A DNA stretch of 64,000 nucleotides from Anaerolineae bacterium (GCA_963675785.1 OY776562.1:2176001-2240000); one strand, 5' to 3'; numbered from the stretch's first letter, positions 19,698-29,805 are shown. Notes: a model not told the origin generated them from the letters alone. Made by a program: numbers and translations.

Positions 19698-22150
19698 TGT
19701 GAAATCCTTTCCCCGGTGCACGACTCGTTGACAGTGATGCTTATGCTGTCAGAATAGTCACCGCTGATTACTGAAAACACATGTTCACCTGGCACCAACT
19801 GCCAGAATGCTAAACAAGGTCGTGTCGTCCAACTGGCGATAGATTCACCATCGCAAAACAGCTCGACGAAGGAGCTTCCGTGGGCGTCCACCTGAACTTG
19901 AATGCGCTGAGTGGCAGGAGGTACGTCGCCGGATATACAATAAATTGCACCATTTGCTGGATAAGCAATCTTTAAGCCTGTCCCCTGCCTATCGGTTTCG
20001 TCCAGCTCGACCTGCAGGTTACTGACTAACCCTCGCTCTACCGCCCAAGCTTGCGCTTCTGCTGGCCAAATAGTGACGCGACGAGTGACGATACGCGATT
20101 CGGGCGTGGTATCATCCGCTAACAGCCCTGTGGCTGCATCTACCTCTACGAAACGATGCATATCACAGGTTGCAGTGGGCATATTCTCCGGCAAGAACAG
20201 CTCGGTGACGGTATGAGGGCAAGCCGCATTGGGCAACAATCCCGAATCTGGGCAAACCTCCACCTCGACCAGTGCAGTATCCGGTTCGAACGGTTCCGGG
20301 TCCTCGCTTTGTACCGTCAGCATGACATCGTGCCAGATGGGAGCAGCGCCATCGATGCCAGAAATATCATCCATAGGGCTGTTATCGGCATTGCCCACCC
20401 AAACGCCCACCACATAATCGCTGGTATAGCCCACAGTCCAGTTATCGTGAAAATCAGTCGTCGTGCCCGTCTTGACGGCAGCACCAAAGGGCGTCTCTAG
20501 AACGCTCGTCGAGCCAAAAGCCGGTTCCCGCGCCGCCGAATCAGAGAGCACATCGGTGATAAGGCTGGCCACTGCAGGTGAGACGGCCTGTTGCGGCGCA
20601 TATTCAGGGGCAGTATAGAGTTCGTTGCCCTCAACATCCAGCACACGCGCCACCGAAAAAGATTCGACGACTGTGCCGCCGCTGGCAAAGGCACCGTAAG
20701 CCTCGGTGAGATCGACCAGAGATACCTCGGCGCTACCCAGCGTGAGCGCTAGCCCCGCCTGCTGCGAACTTGCAAAATTATCGATTCCCAACCGATGCGC
20801 CATCTCCATCAGGGCGTCAATGCCTATCTGATCGAGTAATCGCACTGCAACTATATTATAAGAACATGCCAGTGCCGTTCGCAAGGGGGTAGGCCCATGA
20901 TAGACAAGATCGTAATTCCTAGGGCTATAGAGCGTGCCCTCAGCCGTCGTAAAGGTAACGGGCACATCGCAAATGACGCTAGCCGGAGAATAGCCCCGCT
21001 CAAAAGCCGCCGCATAGGTCAATGGCTTGATGGATGAACCCGTCTGGCGCAACGCCCGGGCCGCATTCACCGCCCCGGCAATGCTTTCATCAAAGTAATC
21101 GGGACTACCCACCAGGGCCAGAATCTCACCATCGGGTATACTGAGCACCACCACAGCGGCATTGTTCACATTATGCCCGGCAGACTCGGTGGTATTAGCA
21201 TTGAGCGCCGCTAGATAATAATCGACGATCTCTTCCACGCGAGTCTGTAAACTGGCATCCAGCGTCGTCTCGATGACCAAACCGCCCTGCTGTATCTCCT
21301 CGGGATAGAGCGCCGCTACTTTGCTCAAGACTTCTAGCGTGAAATGGGGTGCCGTGATCTTGTACCAATCGCTGGAAAAGTTGATTTCCTCATCAACGGC
21401 CGCCTGGACCTGCCCGCTGTCAATATAACCTGCCCCCTCCATCAGCCCCAGAACGACCTGCTGCCGCTCAAAAGCGGCCTCTGGGTACACATACGGGTCA
21501 TAACTGGTGGGCGCCTGAGCCAGGCCGGCGATGAGAGCACACTGGGCCAAATCGAGTTGGGAGACGGGACGATCAAAATAGCGCCAGGCGGCAACCTCGA
21601 CGCCATAAGCCATGTTGCCCAAATAAGTGGTGTTGAGATAGAGGGCGAGGATCTCGTCCTTTTCATAATGCTGAGAGAGTTTATAAGCCAGCAGAATCTC
21701 CCGGGCCTTGCGCAGTAGCGTCTGCTCCTGGCGCTCCTCGGCCTGCATTAGCAAGTTACGAGCCACCTGCTGGGTGATGGTGCTGCCACCAGAGACAATC
21801 TCGCCGCTACGTAAGTTGAGCCACAGGGCGCGCACCAGACCGCGCACATCAAAGCCGGGGTTGCTATAAAAGGAGGCATCTTCGGTAGCAATAGCAGCTT
21901 GCTCCAAATAATCGGGAATATCCTCCAGTGAAACCGGATCATAGGCCCCTGCATCCGCATCCATGGCATCATAAAGCAGTACACCGTTACGATCCACAAC
22001 TTGGCTAGATGGCGTCGGTGTGTAATCAAAGGGCGCCTCTATTGAGGGGAGGGAGAGCCATAAAATGAGCAATGCGACACAGCCCCCAGCCAACAAGATG
22101 GCCAGTGCTATGCCGCACCAACGCAAACAAGCTCGTACACGAGATGACAT
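19694..22150 (-). CDS. pbpC: Penicillin-binding protein 1C (transglycosylase/transpeptidase)
   Basis: EDASFY, GGSTITQQVARN, RKARE; transpeptidase SSIK, SYN and KTGT; adjacent to alpha-2-macroglobulin. Confidence 0.88.
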   Translation of the reverse strand: MSSRVRACLRWCGIALAILLAGGCVALLILWLSLPSIEAPFDYTPTPSSQVVDRNGVLLYDAMDADAGAYDPVSLEDIPDYLEQAAIATEDASFYSNPGFDVRGLVRALWLNLRSGEIVSGGSTITQQVARNLLMQAEERQEQTLLRKAREILLAYKLSQHYEKDEILALYLNTTYLGNMAYGVEVAAWRYFDRPVSQLDLAQCALIAGLAQAPTSYDPYVYPEAAFERQQVVLGLMEGAGYIDSGQVQAAVDEEINFSSDWYKITAPHFTLEVLSKVAALYPEEIQQGGLVIETTLDASLQTRVEEIVDYYLAALNANTTESAGHNVNNAAVVVLSIPDGEILALVGSPDYFDESIAGAVNAARALRQTGSSIKPLTYAAAFERGYSPASVICDVPVTFTTAEGTLYSPRNYDLVYHGPTPLRTALACSYNIVAVRLLDQIGIDALMEMAHRLGIDNFASSQQAGLALTLGSAEVSLVDLTEAYGAFASGGTVVESFSVARVLDVEGNELYTAPEYAPQQAVSPAVASLITDVLSDSAAREPAFGSTSVLETPFGAAVKTGTTTDFHDNWTVGYTSDYVVGVWVGNADNSPMDDISGIDGAAPIWHDVMLTVQSEDPEPFEPDTALVEVEVCPDSGLLPNAACPHTVTELFLPENMPTATCDMHRFVEVDAATGLLADDTTPESRIVTRRVTIWPAEAQAWAVERGLVSNLQVELDETDRQGTGLKIAYPANGAIYCISGDVPPATQRIQVQVDAHGSSFVELFCDGESIASWTTRPCLAFWQLVPGEHVFSVISGDYSDSISITVNESCTGERISQ

Positions 22151-22211
22151 ACCTGCATCCCTCTTTGCCCAACGTACTATTGAGACGTGAGCAGCTGGGG
22201 ACGTGTTCCGC

Positions 22212-23237
22212 TCAAGCGGTTCTGTTCAAAAGACTCTCCGCCAGATCACGTAAAGCGTCTATTGCCGAGTTATCGAGCTCCAAACTACCGAGGTGAGACA
22301 TGGTCAAGAACTGATGCTCAGCGGCAATTACCTCGGCATAGTCTCGGGCACCCAAATCCTCAAGCAGAGCCAGCACCTCGGGCACGCACAAACTGATATC
22401 TTCCTCGGCATAAATGCGCCGCAACGCCAGGCTGGCCGGCGCATCCTCTTGGTTGAGGGCATAGAGCACCGGCAATGTCTTTTTGCGAGTGATCACATCG
22501 CTGGCCACCGATTTACCGGTGACAGCCGGATCCCCCCAAATGCCCAGGATGTCGTCCACAATCTGAAAAGTAATGCCCAACTCTCGTCCAAAAGCGGCCA
22601 TCGCCTCAACCTGGTCGCTGGTGCCACCGCCCACGACGGCCCCACAAGCCAGGCTGGCTGAAAGCAGCGCTGCCGTCTTGCCATCAATCATGGCCATGTA
22701 ATCGTCAAGGGTCACGTCATCGCGTTCTTCAAAACCCATATCCAGGTGCTGCCCGGTACATAGTTTGAGGCAGGTCTCATCCAGCAAGCGCACTACAGCC
22801 AATGTCGCCCTGTTGGAAAGGCCGCGATCGGCCATACGATAGCAGCAGAGGCGCGACATGGTCCACATGGCATCGCCAGTGTTGATAGCCTGAGGTACGC
22901 CCCACAACTTCCAGACCGTTGGGCGGTGTCTGCGAGTCTCGCTGATATCTTGAATATCGTCGTGAATCAGTGAGAAATTATGGATCAGCTCAATAGCGCC
23001 CGCCGCAGGCAGAGCCGTCTTCCATTGCCCGGCTACGGCCTCACAGGATAAAAGACACATCGCCGGCCTTAGGCGCTTGCCGCGCGGCGCCTCCAGAGGG
23101 GCCAGGTTCTCGTCCAGCCAGCCCATATGATAGCGCATCATATCGAACATGAGCGCGGCATAGGCATCCGTCGTGTCGAGTACATCCTTCAATTCAGCCT
23201 CTATAGCCGTAAAGTAAGGAGCTAAATCAAGTTTCAT
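22212..23237 (-). CDS. Short-chain polyprenyl (geranylgeranyl) diphosphate synthase, IdsA-like
   Basis: GKRLRP, HNFSLIHDDIQD (Phe five residues before the first Asp-rich motif), RR, GQHLD, KTA, FQIVDDILG. Confidence 0.92.
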   Translation of the reverse strand: MKLDLAPYFTAIEAELKDVLDTTDAYAALMFDMMRYHMGWLDENLAPLEAPRGKRLRPAMCLLSCEAVAGQWKTALPAAGAIELIHNFSLIHDDIQDISETRRHRPTVWKLWGVPQAINTGDAMWTMSRLCCYRMADRGLSNRATLAVVRLLDETCLKLCTGQHLDMGFEERDDVTLDDYMAMIDGKTAALLSASLACGAVVGGGTSDQVEAMAAFGRELGITFQIVDDILGIWGDPAVTGKSVASDVITRKKTLPVLYALNQEDAPASLALRRIYAEEDISLCVPEVLALLEDLGARDYAEVIAAEHQFLTMSHLGSLELDNSAIDALRDLAESLLNRTA

Positions 23238-24262
23238 TGGGATGTACACCTCGTTTCAATCTTATCACGACCGAGATCCGCCACGACGGCCGAGCCCGTA
23301 CAAAACATGGCGATACGAAGCTGATCAATAATAATCATTAGCTGGTCGACCAGGACCTCAGTGCTAGTGCAGGCAGCGTCCAATAGCACACCAGCAAACC
23401 CCACCATACTGGCCCCCAGAGCCAACGCCTTGGCTGCCTCGACGCCGTTGGTCAGGCCACCACTGGCCAGCAAAGGCAGGCCGAGATCGGCCTGAAATAC
23501 TGCATCCAGCGCTTGCGCTGTAGAGACGCCCCAATCCTCAAAAGGAGCAGCCACCCGCCGCTGACGCTCGTCGCCGCGCAGGGCCTCGACTCGGCTCCAA
23601 CTAGTGCCACCAGCGCCGGCTATGTCCAACGCTGAAACCCCCGCATTGGCCAGACGACGAGCATCTTCTATAGCCAGTCCCCAGCCAACCTCTTTAACGA
23701 TAACGGGCACTTTCAGCCCCTGGCAAATCTCTTCAATGGCCTCAAGCAGGCCGCTGAAACGGGTATTTCCACCCGGCTGCAGTGCCTCTTGCAGACAGTT
23801 CAAATGGAGTATCAGGGCATCAGCCTCAATGCTCTCTACCGCCCGTCGACACTCGTTCAAGCCATAGCCATAGTTGAGCTGCACCGCTCCCAGATTGGCA
23901 TAGAGGACGATATCGGGGGCCACGTCACGCACCTGATAAGTCGCCATGAGCGTGGGATCATCGATACCAGCACGTTGCGAACCCACTCCCATAGCCAAAC
24001 CCAATGCCTGGGCAGCCTGGGCGAGGTTACGGTTGATACGTGCAGCTTCAGCAGTACCGCCCGTCATAGAGGAAATGAGCAATGGAGCATGGAGTGCCTT
24101 GCCTAGAAAACCGCAAGAGAGGTCAATGGATTCAAGATCGAGTTCGGGAAGTGCCGTGTTTTTCAACGCATAGCAAGAAAAGCCGGAGGGAACGCGCGAA
24201 CGCACGTCCTCATTCCGGCAAATCTCTAGATGCTCTGCCTTGCGCTTTTCGTGCAAAACCAA
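23234..24262 (-). CDS. fni: Type 2 isopentenyl-diphosphate isomerase
   Basis: RKAEH, ISSMTGG, GVGSQR, NLGAVQL, HLN.LQE..QP.G, VKEVG.G, GAGGTSW, ASGG. Confidence 0.96.
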   Translation of the reverse strand: MVLHEKRKAEHLEICRNEDVRSRVPSGFSCYALKNTALPELDLESIDLSCGFLGKALHAPLLISSMTGGTAEAARINRNLAQAAQALGLAMGVGSQRAGIDDPTLMATYQVRDVAPDIVLYANLGAVQLNYGYGLNECRRAVESIEADALILHLNCLQEALQPGGNTRFSGLLEAIEEICQGLKVPVIVKEVGWGLAIEDARRLANAGVSALDIAGAGGTSWSRVEALRGDERQRRVAAPFEDWGVSTAQALDAVFQADLGLPLLASGGLTNGVEAAKALALGASMVGFAGVLLDAACTSTEVLVDQLMIIIDQLRIAMFCTGSAVVADLGRDKIETRCTSQ

Positions 24263-24282
24263 CCTCTCTCCTGGGCGACAAG

Positions 24283-24311
24283 AGTGTAGCCTTCGCCCTA
24301 TTCGGTGTCAA
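24283..24311 (-). promoter_or_regulatory. Promoter of fni operon
   Basis: TTGACA-17bp-TACACT on the minus strand. Confidence 0.75.
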
Positions 24312-24355
24312 AACAGAGCCGCATCAAACCACGAGGTCGCCGATGCCCCTCCGCT

Positions 24356-24784
24356 CTAGAAGGGGATCTCTTCCTCATCAATATCAGAAATAACATCGTC
24401 CGACGGCCCAGCATAATCAGCGCCAGAAGAGCTCGTGCCGCCACCATCCGCACGAGTGCCCCCAAGGAACACCACATGCGAGGCGCGCACCTCAAGGCTG
24501 GAACGATACTCACCATCCCGCCCCTGAAAGACGCGGGGCTCTTGCATCTCGCCCTCTACCAGAACCATGCGCCCTTTGCTGAGGTATTGGTTGCAGGGTT
24601 CAGCCTGACCACCCCACACATTGACGCGGAACCATACAGTGCGCGTCTCGCGCTGGCCGGTGTTGCGATCAGTCCATGAGCGGTCGGTGGCGACATTCAA
24701 CGAGGTAACCGCGGTTCCGGTGCTGGTGTAGCGCATTTGCGGGTCTTGCCCCAAACGGCCCACCAAGGTGATCTTTTGATACAT
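24356..24784 (-). CDS. ssb: Single-stranded DNA-binding protein
   Basis: LVGRLGQDP.MRYT, WFRVNVWG.QAE, YLSKGRMVLVEG, acidic tail EEEIPF. Confidence 0.97.
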   Translation of the reverse strand: MYQKITLVGRLGQDPQMRYTSTGTAVTSLNVATDRSWTDRNTGQRETRTVWFRVNVWGGQAEPCNQYLSKGRMVLVEGEMQEPRVFQGRDGEYRSSLEVRASHVVFLGGTRADGGGTSSSGADYAGPSDDVISDIDEEEIPF

Positions 24785-24835
24785 AAAAAGCCTCCCTGCA
24801 TCGTCGCATCATGCGTAAATAACCGGATTAAAAGG

Positions 24836-24864
24836 ATTATAACATCAGAGTGTCATCGATACAA
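24836..24864 (-). promoter_or_regulatory. Promoter of ssb
   Basis: TTGTAT-17bp-TATAAT with extended TG. Confidence 0.7.
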
Positions 24865-24937
24865 CGCCCATTGGCCGCCTGGTTGGTCTGCGCCCTGGTG
24901 CCGTGGTAAAATTATCGTAATCTATTCGAGGGATGCC

Positions 24938-27487
24938 ATGATCAATCTATTCGATCTCTTGCCCCATTGTAGCGGTGTCGTCGCTGGTAGCACCTATGCC
25001 ACCACGTATGACGGCTTTGCCTATGACTCGCGTAACGTCCTCCCAGGCCAACTCTTTGTGGCTGTGGTGAGTGAAACAGGTGACGGACATCGCTACATCC
25101 ACGAGGCCTGCCATGCGGGCGCTACGGGAGTGCTCTGCCAACAAGCCCCAGAGCCGCTGCCGGAAGGCACCACTATCATCATTGTGCCCGACACTCGCCA
25201 GGCCCTCAAAGATTATGCCCGCTACGTATATTGTGCGTCCCAACGCATCGTCATCGGCGTAGCTGGTACCCTGGGCAAAACCAGTACCAAAGAAGCCATC
25301 GCCAGCGTGCTGAGCAATTGCGACAATGATAGAACTGTCTTCCGTTCGCCTGGCAACCAGAGCGGGCGCTACGGGTTGGCCATCGCCTCGGGGCAAATCG
25401 AATCCAGCCACAAGACACTGGTGCTGGAGCTGGCCGTCGATGCCGTGGGCGAAGCCGCCGAATTGGCCGATATGACTGCTCCCTCGGTGCTAGTGCTCAC
25501 CAATCTGGATGCGGCCTATCTAGAATCCTTTGGCAGCATTGAAGGTGCCTCCCGCGAGTTAGCCAGCCTCATTGCCATGTTGCCTGCTGACGGTACGCTC
25601 ATCTACAACGCCGATGATGAACGGCTTATCGCCCTGGCTGCCGTGGCTCCCTGTATCACGCTACGCTACGGACATGCGCCAGAATGCGACCTGCGTATTG
25701 GCGAGACCAAAGCAGGCTTGGACGGCACTACCGTTAGCCTGATCGATAAACAGGGCGAATATCGTCTGTATTTGCCCTATGTGGGGCGTCACCATGCAGA
25801 TACTGCCGCCGCAGCTGCCCTCGTGGGCCATCTGTTCAACAAGAGTTGGAAACAAATCACCCAGGGGTTGGCCTGCCTGAAGCCACTGCCTGGACGAACC
25901 CGTGTCCTTGCCGGGCGTAACGGTGCTACTCTGCTCGACGATTCCTTTAGTGCCACACCGGGTTGCCAAAGCGCCGCTCTCGATACCCTCAACGACCTGC
26001 ATCCCACCCGCCGTATTCTGGTGCTGGGCGACATGAGCCATCTCGGTGAGGATGAATACGCTTACCACACCAGCGTTGGTAGGCTTTGTGCCGGTCGCGT
26101 GGATTTGCTGTTCACCCTGGGTGATTTGGCACACCATGCCGGGCAAGCAGCCGTCAACGCCGGTCTGTCCACGCAGAATCTCTATCCTACCTTCACCGCT
26201 GAGGACTTGGTCCGTAAGCTGCTGCCCTTGCTGCAACCAGGCGATATGGTGCTGCTCAAAGGCAGCGCCCGTATGCGTTTGGAGCATGTCACTGAAAGGC
26301 TGCTAGCTGATCCTCTCGCCGATGCCCCCCAACTGCCCCGACAAAGCCAGGGCTGGGCCCAGGTTCGCCTGGGCACTCCAGATCGCCCCGCCTGGGTCGA
26401 GGTCGATTTAGAGGCCATCGCTGAGAACGTACGCATCCTCACCGCCCCCTTGCCTGCTAACGTGGAACGGTTGATGGTGCTCAAAGCCAATGGCTATGGC
26501 CATGGCGCCGTACGTGTGGCCCAAACAGCGCTGAATAACGGCGGCACCTGGCTGGGCGTGGCCTGCGTAGGTGAGGCCATCACCCTACGCCAGGCCGGCA
26601 TCACTGCCCCCATCCTGGTGTTGGGCTATATCCCTGCCTGGCAAGCCCGACAAGCCGTGCTATATGACGCAACCGCCGCCATCTATTCGGACTCGGTTGC
26701 CGAGGCCATGTCCCATGCAGCCAGAGACCTGGGCCGAACCGCCAAGGTACACATCAAAGTGGATACCGGCATGGGGCGCCTGGGCCTGCTGCCAGAAGAT
26801 GTACTTGCTTTTGTAGAACGCATCAGTAGTCTGCCAGCGCTGCAAATCGAGGGCATCTTTAGCCATTTTGCCAACGCCGATGCCGACGACCTGAGTTTTA
26901 CCTACGAGCAATTGGCCCAATTCCACGACGTCATCAAAGCGCTGGAACAGCACGGCCTACGCCCGCCGCTGGTGCATATCGCCAACAGCGCCGCCATCCT
27001 GCGCGTGCCCGAGAGCATCTATGACATGGTGCGGTTGGGCATTGCCATGTACGGCTTACCCCCCTCCAATGAAGTGACCTTGCCCGCCGGCGTTCGCCCA
27101 GCCCTCAGTTTCAAATGCCAGGTGGCCCAGGTCAAACCGTTGGCAAAAGGCCGCCCGGTAGGTTATGGCTGCACCTGGATGGCACAGCGCCCTTCGCGCA
27201 TCGCCGTCATCCCCGTGGGCTATGCCGATGGCTTTAGGCGAGGGCCTCATAACTGGGGCGAGGTACTCATTCGCGGGCAGCGCGCCCCTATCATCGGGCG
27301 AGTGTGCATGGACCAGAGCATGGTGGATGTCACCGACATTCCCGGCGTTACCGAGGGCGATCAGGTAGTGCTCATCGGCCGTCAGGGCAGTGATGAAATC
27401 ACGGCGCAAGAGGTGGCCGACAAATTGGGCACCATCCATTACGAGGTTGTCTCCGAGATCCTCTCCCGCGTGCCGCGCATCGTCTAG
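24938..27487 (+). CDS. alr: MurF-like ligase / alanine racemase fusion
   Basis: N-terminal half: DSR, DGH, GTLGKTSTK, LGDM..LG, KGS. C-terminal half: VLKANGYGHG (PLP Lys), KVDTGMGRLG, VGYG, GYADG, GRVCMD, GTIHYE; ATG 24938. Confidence 0.92.
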   Translation: MINLFDLLPHCSGVVAGSTYATTYDGFAYDSRNVLPGQLFVAVVSETGDGHRYIHEACHAGATGVLCQQAPEPLPEGTTIIIVPDTRQALKDYARYVYCASQRIVIGVAGTLGKTSTKEAIASVLSNCDNDRTVFRSPGNQSGRYGLAIASGQIESSHKTLVLELAVDAVGEAAELADMTAPSVLVLTNLDAAYLESFGSIEGASRELASLIAMLPADGTLIYNADDERLIALAAVAPCITLRYGHAPECDLRIGETKAGLDGTTVSLIDKQGEYRLYLPYVGRHHADTAAAAALVGHLFNKSWKQITQGLACLKPLPGRTRVLAGRNGATLLDDSFSATPGCQSAALDTLNDLHPTRRILVLGDMSHLGEDEYAYHTSVGRLCAGRVDLLFTLGDLAHHAGQAAVNAGLSTQNLYPTFTAEDLVRKLLPLLQPGDMVLLKGSARMRLEHVTERLLADPLADAPQLPRQSQGWAQVRLGTPDRPAWVEVDLEAIAENVRILTAPLPANVERLMVLKANGYGHGAVRVAQTALNNGGTWLGVACVGEAITLRQAGITAPILVLGYIPAWQARQAVLYDATAAIYSDSVAEAMSHAARDLGRTAKVHIKVDTGMGRLGLLPEDVLAFVERISSLPALQIEGIFSHFANADADDLSFTYEQLAQFHDVIKALEQHGLRPPLVHIANSAAILRVPESIYDMVRLGIAMYGLPPSNEVTLPAGVRPALSFKCQVAQVKPLAKGRPVGYGCTWMAQRPSRIAVIPVGYADGFRRGPHNWGEVLIRGQRAPIIGRVCMDQSMVDVTDIPGVTEGDQVVLIGRQGSDEITAQEVADKLGTIHYEVVSEILSRVPRIV

Positions 27488-27490
27488 TAT

Positions 27491-27519
27491 TTGAAAAAGT
27501 AGAACATTTGTGCTAATCT
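27491..27519 (+). promoter_or_regulatory. Promoter with overlapping LexA (Cheo-type) box
   Basis: TTGAAA-17bp-TAATCT; AGAACATTTGTGCT (GAAC-N4-GTTC with one mismatch) lies in the spacer at 27501-27514. Confidence 0.7.
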
Positions 27520-27544
27520 TGTCACAGAGACCTGGAGGGAAACT

Positions 27545-28675
27545 GTGGACAAGAGAGAGCGTATCGAATTTTTGGCCGATGCCGCACAGGATGATGTCGA
27601 GCTGCCCGATCTCACCCCTTTTATCTCCACCGTGAGCGGCTGCGGCGGCAACAACAAGCAGCTCAAGATACTGCAAACCAGTGTCTGTAACCGCGACTGC
27701 GCCTATTGCGCCAATCGCGCCGGTCGCGATACCGCACGTGCCACCCTAAGCCCTGACGAACTCGCCCGTGCCTATGACGATATGTACAGTCGCAAGCTGG
27801 TCGATGGTCTATTCGTCAGTTCGGGCATTGCCGGTAACGCCGACGAATGCCAGGCTCGCATGATCGCCACCGTCGAATTATTGCGCAAACGCTATGCCTA
27901 CAAGGGCTTTGTGCATATGAAGATATTGCCAGAGGCCAGTGATGCCGCCATCGAGCGCACCGTGGCCCTGGCTGACCGAGTGTCCGTCAATATCGAGGCC
28001 CCCACCATCTCCTGCCTACAGGCTTTGAGCAGCAGCAAGGTGCTGCCACACCTGGTAGGAGAGCTGCGAACGGCACACCGTCTGCGCCTCAACGCCGATC
28101 ACTATGTCAGCATGACGACCCAAATGGTGGTGGGCGCCGGCACTGAGACGGATCAGCTCGTTCTAGGTGCTGCTGAGCCCCTCTACAAGAGCCTCAAACT
28201 GTCGAGGGTCTACTATTCCGGCTTTCACCCTATCCTGAACACACCCCTAGACAATCATCCGCGCGAATCCGAAAAGCGCATCGTGCGCCTGTATCAAGCA
28301 GATCGCCTGATGAAGCTGTACGATTTCAAGCCAAATGAGCTGATCTACGGCGAAACCGGGATGCTGCCCGTCGGTATAGATCCCAAGGTGGCCTGGGCCA
28401 AGGCTCACCCCGAGCTATATCCTGTCGAGATCAACATGGCAAGCCGTTCGCTGCTGCTGCGCGTGCCCGGCATTGGCCCGGTGTGTGCAGAGCGCATTCT
28501 CAAAGCCCGTAGGCAAGGCAAGATCAAGTACCTTTCGCAGCTCAAAACATTGGGAGTGCGTACCAGTCATGCCCAAGAGTACATTACGATAGACGGACGT
28601 AGAGCGCTGGTTCAACTATCCTTCTTGGGGTGGGAATCAAGCATAGAAGCAGGGAGAATCGAATCTCGACCATAG
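27545..28675 (+). CDS. Putative DNA modification/repair radical SAM protein with HhH domain (TIGR03916-like)
   Basis: LKIL.T..CNRDCAYC.NR, GLFVSSG, ADRVSVNIE, TTQMVVGA, RVYYSGF.P, RLYQADRL, DPK.AWA, LLRVPGIG. Confidence 0.9.
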   Translation: MDKRERIEFLADAAQDDVELPDLTPFISTVSGCGGNNKQLKILQTSVCNRDCAYCANRAGRDTARATLSPDELARAYDDMYSRKLVDGLFVSSGIAGNADECQARMIATVELLRKRYAYKGFVHMKILPEASDAAIERTVALADRVSVNIEAPTISCLQALSSSKVLPHLVGELRTAHRLRLNADHYVSMTTQMVVGAGTETDQLVLGAAEPLYKSLKLSRVYYSGFHPILNTPLDNHPRESEKRIVRLYQADRLMKLYDFKPNELIYGETGMLPVGIDPKVAWAKAHPELYPVEINMASRSLLLRVPGIGPVCAERILKARRQGKIKYLSQLKTLGVRTSHAQEYITIDGRRALVQLSFLGWESSIEAGRIESRP

Positions 28676-29805
28676 CGGTCGCGAATCTCATCAAGAGCCT
28701 GATTGAGGCGTGCCTGACGCTGGTCGGTGTTTCCAAAGAGCTGAAGCTGGTATCCCGCACCCTCTAGCAAACCAGAAACACCCACACCCAACAGACGCAC
28801 GGCTCGCTTGCGGTCCCAGTGCCTCCACAGCAAGCTAGCTGCCTGCTCACAGACGATCTGATGTTGGTCGGTTGGTTGTTTGAGGCGAATCTGCCGTGTG
28901 ATGGTTTCAAAGTCAAAATAGCGCAGTTTGATGCGCACCACCTGGGCCATGCGCTGCTGCTTACGCAGACTGGTGCCCAAATACTCGCACATACTCAGCA
29001 GTTCATGCTCCAGAATGCCAGGATCGGTAATATCCTGGGCAAAAGTGCGTTCGTGGCTGATGCCCTGACGTTCGCTCGTACCCATCACCGGACGAGAATC
29101 CAGACCTCGGGCGGCGTTGTATAAAAAATCGCCCTGCTTGCCCATCACGCGATCCAGCATCTCTCGAGACCAAGCCGCCAAATCGCCAATGGTCTCCACG
29201 CCCATAGAGCGCAACCGCTCCCCGCCGACATGCCCCACGCCCCAGAGTTTTTCGATGTCCAGAGGCGCCAAGAAGGTCTGTTCATGTCCGGGTTCCACAA
29301 CGGTGATGCCATGGGGTTTTCGGAATTCGCAAGCCACCTTGGCCATCATCTTGCTGCTGGCCACACCCAACGATAGGGAGAGATGCGTCTCTTCGTCCAC
29401 CTGGCGTTGTATACGCAGAGCCATTTCGTAAGGTGCCCCAAAGAGATGCTCACTGCCGGTCATATCCAGAAAAGCCTCGTCGATGGAGATTTGCTCGAAA
29501 TCGGGGGTATAGCTGCGCAGAATGTCCATGACTCGCCGAGAATAGTCCGAATAGATATGGTGGGAGGACCAGACCACTATCGCTTGGGGGCACAGGCGAA
29601 TAGCCTGAGCCGTGGGCATGGCCGAACGCACGCCAAAACGTCGCGCCTCGTACGAAGCCGACGACACCACGCCGCGGCCACTAGCACTGCCGCCCACAAT
29701 CACCGGCTTGCCAACCAGCTCCGGATGAATGAGTTGCTCCACCGAAGCGAAAAAGGCGTCCAAATCAGCATGGATGATCAGCCGATCCCATGGGGCATTG
29801 TTCAT
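28612..29805 (-). CDS. dinB: DNA polymerase IV (Y-family)
   Basis: HADLDAFFASVE, RGVVSSASYEAR.FGV.SAM, SIDEAFLD, KPHG, LWGVG, RLLGV, QLQLF. Confidence 0.96.
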   Translation of the reverse strand: MNNAPWDRLIIHADLDAFFASVEQLIHPELVGKPVIVGGSASGRGVVSSASYEARRFGVRSAMPTAQAIRLCPQAIVVWSSHHIYSDYSRRVMDILRSYTPDFEQISIDEAFLDMTGSEHLFGAPYEMALRIQRQVDEETHLSLSLGVASSKMMAKVACEFRKPHGITVVEPGHEQTFLAPLDIEKLWGVGHVGGERLRSMGVETIGDLAAWSREMLDRVMGKQGDFLYNAARGLDSRPVMGTSERQGISHERTFAQDITDPGILEHELLSMCEYLGTSLRKQQRMAQVVRIKLRYFDFETITRQIRLKQPTDQHQIVCEQAASLLWRHWDRKRAVRLLGVGVSGLLEGAGYQLQLFGNTDQRQARLNQALDEIRDRYGRDSILPASMLDSHPKKDS

